Assembly: GCA_965220615.1 (NCBI GenBank)
Contig: CBDCQL010000001.1
Location: 207,096-271,095 of the forward strand
Origin: Phototrophicaceae bacterium
GTDB lineage: Bacteria; Chloroflexota; Anaerolineae; Aggregatilineales; Phototrophicaceae
Reading direction: 5' to 3'
DNA: 64,000 bases
Made by a program: the position numbers and the translations under genes. This document shows, in pieces, positions 59,250 through 64,000 of this stretch (its first letter is position 1; the number at the start of each line of letters is the position of its first letter). Below the pieces are notes generated by a model. It was not told the origin of the DNA, searched no databases, and was given only the letters and a program-made list of their open reading frames with translations.

Positions 59250-60734
59250 GTGCGTCTGAATGACAGGGCCGCCCTCACCTTCCTGCTGGCCACATACCTG
59301 CTGCTGGCCGCGCTCTTCGCTGCGCGGACGCCCGCCTGGCAAGCGCCCGACGAACCGGCGCACTACAACGTGCTCCGTCAGCTGCACGAGGCCCCGGCGC
59401 CCCGCTGCTGCCCCGTCATCGAGCCGGGCGACTGGGACCAGGCGCTGCTGGCCCGGCTGACGGGCGAGCGCTTCGCCGGCGCCACGCCGGAGACTCTCGC
59501 ACCCCTGCAATACGAGGACCACCAGCCCCCGCTCTACTACCTGCTGGCGACCCTGGTCTACGAGTGGAGCGCCGGAAACCTGCTGGCGCTGCGCCTCTTT
59601 TCGGCGCTGCTGGGCGCGGGCGTGGTGTGGTGCGCCCACGCGCTGGCGCGGGCGGCCCTGCCCGGTCGACCCTGGCTGGCCTTGACGACGGCGGCCTTCG
59701 TCGCCTTTCTGCCGCAACACCTGGCGATGATGAGCGCCGTCAACAACGACAGTCTCAACGAAGCGCTGATCGGCCTGGCGCTGGTGGCGCTGGCGCGCTG
59801 GCTGCGCGGCGACCGCGCCGGCCTGCAGCGCCTGGCGCGCGCGCTGCTGGCGCCAGCCCTGCTGCTCTGCGTCCTGCTGACGCTGTACGGGCTCATCAGC
59901 GTCGCGGCGGCGCTGCTCTTCCTGGCGCTGACGGGCGTCGGGCTGTGGCTGTGGCGCAGCGGCCGACAGGCCCTCTGGCCGCTGTGGTTCATGGGGCTGC
60001 TGGCCGGGCTGCTGCTGGTCACCAAACCGGGCGGTTACTTTGTCGCCGGGCTCCTGCCCCTGGTCCTGCTGCTGCGCCTGCGGCCGGCAGGACTGCGGCG
60101 ACGGCGGGCGGCGCGGCAACTGCTGGTCGGCGGGCTGGCCTGTCTGCTCGTGCCGGCGCTGTTGACCGGCGGGCTGTGGTGGGCGCGCAATCTGGCCGTT
60201 TATGGCTGGCCGGACCTGCTGGGCCTGGCCGCGCACGACCGGGTGGTGCTGGACCAGTTGCGCAGCGCCGACCTCGTCGCCGAACTGGGTGTCGCCGCCT
60301 GGGCGCAGCGCGCCCTGCGCGACACCTTCACCAGTTTCTGGGGTCAGTTTGGCTGGATGGCGCTGCCCCTGCAAGAACGCCTGCTGCTGCCCCCGCTGGC
60401 CCTGAGCCTGGCTGCCGTCAGCGGGTTACTGCTGTCCGGGCGGCCCTGCTCGCGGCGCGGGCTGCGCCTGTTGCAGGTCGCGCTGTGGCTGGTCATCGGC
60501 CTGACGGGGCTGGCCTACCTCTACTACAACCTCGAGTTCGTGCAACTGCAGGGCCGTTATCTGTATCCGGCCCTGTTGCCGCTGGCGCTGCTGCTGGCGC
60601 GAGGTCTGGATGCCTGGCGCGCGCGTCTGCTGGCCGATCGGCTGCCCTGGCTGACGCTGGCGCCGGTCACCCTGCTGGCGCCCTTCAGTCTCTGGCTGCT
60701 GTTGAGCGTCATCGAGCCACTCTTGTCCGCCTGA
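59250..60734 (+). CDS. GT-C-fold polyprenyl-phosphate-dependent membrane glycosyltransferase (GT39/ArnT-like)
   Basis: ORF 59250..60734 with a GTG start. At least 10 hydrophobic segments, and the first-loop motif WQAPDEPAHYN (acidic DE motif). Confidence 0.7.
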   Translation: MRLNDRAALTFLLATYLLLAALFAARTPAWQAPDEPAHYNVLRQLHEAPAPRCCPVIEPGDWDQALLARLTGERFAGATPETLAPLQYEDHQPPLYYLLATLVYEWSAGNLLALRLFSALLGAGVVWCAHALARAALPGRPWLALTTAAFVAFLPQHLAMMSAVNNDSLNEALIGLALVALARWLRGDRAGLQRLARALLAPALLLCVLLTLYGLISVAAALLFLALTGVGLWLWRSGRQALWPLWFMGLLAGLLLVTKPGGYFVAGLLPLVLLLRLRPAGLRRRRAARQLLVGGLACLLVPALLTGGLWWARNLAVYGWPDLLGLAAHDRVVLDQLRSADLVAELGVAAWAQRALRDTFTSFWGQFGWMALPLQERLLLPPLALSLAAVSGLLLSGRPCSRRGLRLLQVALWLVIGLTGLAYLYYNLEFVQLQGRYLYPALLPLALLLARGLDAWRARLLADRLPWLTLAPVTLLAPFSLWLLLSVIEPLLSA

Positions 60735-61776
60735 TCACCGGCTGCAGGTCCGAAACGCTTTCGACGCGGCGGATGGATTCGGGCGGCCCGATGACGATGA
60801 TGGTCTCGCCGTTGCGCAGCACGCGTTGCGGGCTGGGAATCAGGGTGATTTCGCCGTCCTCGTGACGGACGCCAAGCACGGTCACGGCGCTGGACTGGTA
60901 GAGACCGGCCTCGGCGACGCTGTGCCCGGCCAGTTGCGAATCTTCTTCGATCGGGATCTGCCCCAGTTCCCAGCCCGGTTGAAAGCCGGGTTCGAGCAGC
61001 AGATCCATAAACTCGTGTACGACCGGTCTGAGCAGGGCCATGGTCAGGCGGTGGCCGCCAGTCTGCCAGGGGCTGATGACGTGGTCCGCGCCGGCGCGTT
61101 GCAATTTGCTTTCGGCCTCCACGCTGGTTGCGCGCGTCACGATGTGCAGGCCAGGATTGAGGCCGCGGGCCGTCAGCACGGCCATCATGTTGTCGGGGTC
61201 GTTATCCAGCGCCGCCACCAGGCCCGCCGCCCTTTCGATACCGGCGTCGATCAGCACGTTGTCGTCCGTGGCGTCGCCGATGACGTGCAGGATGTTGTTT
61301 TCCAGAAACTGGTGATGGATCTCGCTGTCCATGTCGACCACCACGAAATCGTGACCGCGTTCCCCCAGTTCACGAACGACCTGGTCGCCCATGCGACCGA
61401 AACCGCAAATGATGTAGTGATTGCGCAAGGTTTCCAGTTCGGTGTTCATGCGACGCTCCCGTAAGGACTGCCAGAGGTGCTGGCCCAGCAGGATGCTGGC
61501 CATGTTGCCGAGGGCGTTGGTGGCGGTGACGATGCCGGTCAGGATCAACAGCGAGGTGAAGGCCCGTCCGGGCACGCTGAGAGGCGTGACCTCGCCAAAA
61601 CCCACTGTCGTGACGGTGATGATGGTCATGTAGAGCGCGTCAATCGGCGTCATGCGCTCGATGATCATGTAACCGAAAGCGCCAAAAATGATCAGCAGCG
61701 CGATCATCAGGAGCGAGATCTGCAGACCCCGCACCGGGTCGTTCAGCATGCTGTGGAGATAACTTCTGAGGCCCAT
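60709..61776 (-). CDS. Potassium channel with RCK/TrkA (N and C) gating domains
   Basis: ORF 60709..61776. Selectivity filter TVTTVGFGE, Rossmann-like RCK domain HYIICGFGRMGDQV, and a C-terminal TrkA_C domain. The 3' end overlaps the convergent GT-C gene by 26 nt. Confidence 0.85.
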   Translation of the reverse strand: MGLRSYLHSMLNDPVRGLQISLLMIALLIIFGAFGYMIIERMTPIDALYMTIITVTTVGFGEVTPLSVPGRAFTSLLILTGIVTATNALGNMASILLGQHLWQSLRERRMNTELETLRNHYIICGFGRMGDQVVRELGERGHDFVVVDMDSEIHHQFLENNILHVIGDATDDNVLIDAGIERAAGLVAALDNDPDNMMAVLTARGLNPGLHIVTRATSVEAESKLQRAGADHVISPWQTGGHRLTMALLRPVVHEFMDLLLEPGFQPGWELGQIPIEEDSQLAGHSVAEAGLYQSSAVTVLGVRHEDGEITLIPSPQRVLRNGETIIVIGPPESIRRVESVSDLQPVIRRTRVAR

Positions 61777-61883
61777 TGATTACGCCAGGGGCAATGTTTC
61801 GGCCGTTTATACCAGATGATCAACCAGGCGGGACCCTTGCGGGCACGCCTGGACTCAACGCTGTTCCCCGTTGTATGCCGGTT

Positions 61884-62237
61884 TCAGGAGGAAGACTGAG
61901 CCGCCTGCCAGGCCTGCCAGTCCTCGCGTTCGACGAAGCTGCCGCCGTGGGCCTCGCGGCGCTCGAGACGGCGACGGCGGTCGAAGTCCAGTTCCAGTTC
62001 GACCTGGTTACAGCGATAGTTGGCGCTGCTGGCCAGCTTGCGCACGTGGTAGCCGTCGCCGTCGTCGCGCTGGCTCAGATCATTCATCATGTCGATGCGC
62101 ACCCGCAGAACATCGTCACAGCGCTGCGGCCGCACGTAGACCCAGAGAGCGCGTCCGTCGCGGTCCACACCGGGCTGGCCGCCCCCGCCGAACAGCGCGC
62201 GCAGGGAGTCGCCGAGCATGCGGATGACTGCGGTCAT
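61884..62237 (-). CDS. Conserved-looking hypothetical protein
   Basis: ORF 61884..62237 with clean codon usage and no family name recalled. Pattern: LFGGG...LWVYVRPQRC..VLRVRID..NDLS...YHVRK....RC.QVELELDFD.RRRL..RE..GG.FV. Confidence 0.45.
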   Translation of the reverse strand: MTAVIRMLGDSLRALFGGGGQPGVDRDGRALWVYVRPQRCDDVLRVRIDMMNDLSQRDDGDGYHVRKLASSANYRCNQVELELDFDRRRRLERREAHGGSFVEREDWQAWQAAQSSS

Positions 62238-62361
62238 GAGAGGAACTCCATCGCCGTCGATAACGGCGATTATGACCGCGGGGGCCGGTCAGTCGCAAGT
62301 TGTCCTTGCCGCCCCCGCCCCGCCACGCTATGCTGCGTGCCAGCCTGTAAGGAGTGGACGG

Positions 62362-62649
62362 ATGGATCGGCTCAATTCCCTGCAGACCCGCATTGAGGCC
62401 TGGCCCGTGACGCAACTGGCATTGCGTTACCCGCGGCTTTCGGCCTGGATCGTACTGGCCGGCGGGATGGACGCCATGCTCGCCTGGGAAGCGCGCGACG
62501 TCGGTCTGCTGCCGGGTCAGTGGATCGCCCTGATGACGGCATCCACCCTGGTGGCCGGCGCCTGCGTCTGGATCATTAGCTGGGAAGACCGGGACAAAGA
62601 CGAAGAAAACGTCGAGGATGCCGCTACGGCCAGCGACCAGGGCGCCTGA
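62362..62649 (+). CDS. Small membrane protein (two predicted TM segments), hypothetical
   Basis: This is the inner part of ORF 62218..62649. ATG 62362 sits behind AAGGAG. TM segments LSAWIVLAGGMDAMLAW and WIALMTASTLVAGACVWIISW, with an acidic tail. Confidence 0.5.
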   Translation: MDRLNSLQTRIEAWPVTQLALRYPRLSAWIVLAGGMDAMLAWEARDVGLLPGQWIALMTASTLVAGACVWIISWEDRDKDEENVEDAATASDQGA

Positions 62650-62663
62650 CGGGAGGGCATCCC

Positions 62664-63005
62664 GTGAGCAGCGAAATCTTCGAAATCCGCGAGTACATGG
62701 TCGTCCTGCGCCAACTGGAACGGATGGACGTCGACGGCCAGGAGATCCTGTTGCGCGGTATCGTGCGCTGCCTCGGCGGCGACGCCATGCTGGACGTCTA
62801 CTTCCTCGAGGAAGGTTCGCCCTTCCCGCAGCCGCTGGTCGATCTGGAGGAACGCAAGGGCACCATTTATTTACCCTTCCGCGATATCTCCGTCCTGGTG
62901 GACCTGCTGCGCAACGAGAAGCCAGTCTACGCCCACCTGCGCAGCGACCGCCTCGCCTGGACCAGCATCACCACCAATCGCGAACCGGTCGGCGAAGGCG
63001 AGTAG
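62664..63005 (+). CDS. Hypothetical protein
   Basis: ORF 62664..63005 with a GTG start. Coherent composition, no recognisable family. Confidence 0.4.
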   Translation: MSSEIFEIREYMVVLRQLERMDVDGQEILLRGIVRCLGGDAMLDVYFLEEGSPFPQPLVDLEERKGTIYLPFRDISVLVDLLRNEKPVYAHLRSDRLAWTSITTNREPVGEGE

Positions 63006-63011
63006 CCGCAC

Positions 63012-64000
63012 TCAGCCGGGGCGCAGGGCCCGCAACAGGCGACTCAGGCGCCCCTCCTGCAGCAAGCCACGCGCGCGGTACCAGTCGGTCGTATCCTGCA
63101 GACTCTGCAACATGTCAATTTGTGGCGGGCCCAGGTCGGCGTGCGCCTTGTCGTAGACGAAATGCAGGCGCCGCCCGCCCATGCGGATCTGCGAGGGGTC
63201 GGCGGGCGGCTGCATGCCCAGGTGCCGCGCCAGGGCCACCAGGCCGGCCAGCAGGGGCAGGGCCGCATCCGGCAGTTGCAGCAGCGGCGGCGCCACGCCG
63301 ACGGCCTGCGCGCAAAGCGCGTACCACTCGCGCAGGCTGTAGTTGGCGTTGCCGAGGATGTAGCGCTCGCCGCTGCGGCCGCGCTCCGCCGCCGCCAGGT
63401 GCCAGCGCGCCACGTCGCGCACGTCGACCACGCCCACGCCGCCCGAACTGACCGGTATCAGCCATTGCAGGCGCTGCATCTCGGTGACGAAACGGCCGGA
63501 GATGAGGTTCAGGTCACCCGGGCCCATCACGATGACCGGGTTGACGATGACGACGTCCTGGCCCTGCTCCCTGACGGCGTGCTGCGCGCAGCGCTCGGCC
63601 AGGTATTTGCTGTGACCGTAGGGAAAGCGGTGCGGCAACAGGTTGAAGCGCGCCGATTCGTCGACGGGGCGGCCGTCGCGGCGCAGGCCGAGGGAGGCGG
63701 CGCTGCTGGTGACGACCACGCGGCGCACGCCGGCAGCGCGCGCGGAGGCCAGCACCCGCCGCGTGCCCTCAACGTTGATGGCGTACATCTGCGACCGTTC
63801 CGTGCGCCAGTAGGCCGCCACCGCCGCCACGTGGAAGACCAGTTCGCAGCCCCGACAGGCTTGCGCCAGGGCGTCGCTCTCCAGCACATCGCCGACGACC
63901 GTCTCACAGTCCAGGCCCTGCAGGGCGTCCAGGCGCGAATTGCGGCGGTGCAGCACGCGGACGTCATGGCCGGCCCCGACCAGGGCGCGCGCCACATGCG
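63012..64000 (-). CDS. NAD-dependent epimerase/dehydratase (extended SDR, dihydroflavonol-reductase/HpnA-like), 5' end outside window
   Basis: ORF 63012..63995. It begins mid-domain (ARALVGAGHDVRVL, so the GxxGxxG lies beyond 64000). Contains YGHSKYLAE (the YxxxK catalytic motif) and VIVNPVIVMGPGD. Confidence 0.8.
   Translation of the reverse strand, partial: HVARALVGAGHDVRVLHRRNSRLDALQGLDCETVVGDVLESDALAQACRGCELVFHVAAVAAYWRTERSQMYAINVEGTRRVLASARAAGVRRVVVTSSAASLGLRRDGRPVDESARFNLLPHRFPYGHSKYLAERCAQHAVREQGQDVVIVNPVIVMGPGDLNLISGRFVTEMQRLQWLIPVSSGGVGVVDVRDVARWHLAAAERGRSGERYILGNANYSLREWYALCAQAVGVAPPLLQLPDAALPLLAGLVALARHLGMQPPADPSQIRMGGRRLHFVYDKAHADLGPPQIDMLQSLQDTTDWYRARGLLQEGRLSRLLRALRPG

Noticed and set aside
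1-64000. CRISPR arrays, IS elements, integrases, prophage structural genes, rRNA.
   Set aside because: I found no regularly spaced short direct repeats, no transposase/integrase/recombinase-like ORFs in any frame, and no rRNA-like conserved stretches. The only sizeable direct repeats are the paralogous genes and the 45.1-46.0 kb module reported above.

Overview
High-GC (roughly two-thirds G+C by eye), densely coding bacterial chromosomal window with about 62 credible CDS, one tRNA-Cys(GCA), and no rRNA, CRISPR array, transposase or integrase. The gene content (RNase Y, RecX, DUF951, MGDG-synthase-like GT28, many GT-C/GT4/GT9 envelope genes, Tat-exported sulfite-oxidase-like enzyme) fits a monoderm-like high-GC lineage such as Chloroflexota, but this is only a weak inference.

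Layout:
- (1) 1-24166: one long, same-strand (minus) accessory catabolic cluster. It holds four tandem MmgE/PrpD paralogs, a DegT aminotransferase, a peptide-type ABC importer (2 permeases, 2 binding proteins, no ATPase in view), an M24 peptidase, three AstE/AspA-like deacylases, two S9 peptidases, an Ldh_2 oxidoreductase and two class-I aminotransferase-fold proteins. Two members look catalytically dead.
- (2) 24.3-27.9 kb: a lower-GC patch with two toxin-antitoxin-like modules flanking terC. These are an XRE-ImmA/IrrE fusion with MazF, and a long coiled-coil protein with a PIN toxin.
- (3) 28-36.9 kb: housekeeping and miscellaneous genes (Gfo/Idh/MocA, a di-haem DUF1111 protein, mutY, rhodanese, SufE, tRNA-Cys). 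This stretch includes a collapsed ImuB-DnaE2 SOS-mutagenesis relic that still carries an SOS-box promoter.
- (4) 37-48 kb: envelope glycan genes (GT4, a GT9-GT26 fusion, RfaE-type heptose kinase, sugar-1-P nucleotidyltransferase, GT28). They are interrupted by a tandemly duplicated small-ORF module and a strongly low-GC orphan gene.
- (5) 48-64 kb: mixed housekeeping genes (M50 protease, HD protein, PDZ protein, UDP-sugar dehydrogenase, acyltransferase, recX-rny, kynureninase-like enzyme, GT-C glycosyltransferase, K+ channel, epimerase).

The candidates most worth follow-up are the duplicated small-ORF/leader module at 45.1-46.0 kb with its adjacent low-GC orphan, the XRE-ImmA-MazF module, the 24-kb peptide/PrpD cluster, and the ImuB-DnaE2 relic. 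All family assignments come from motif recognition by eye, since no searches could be run.
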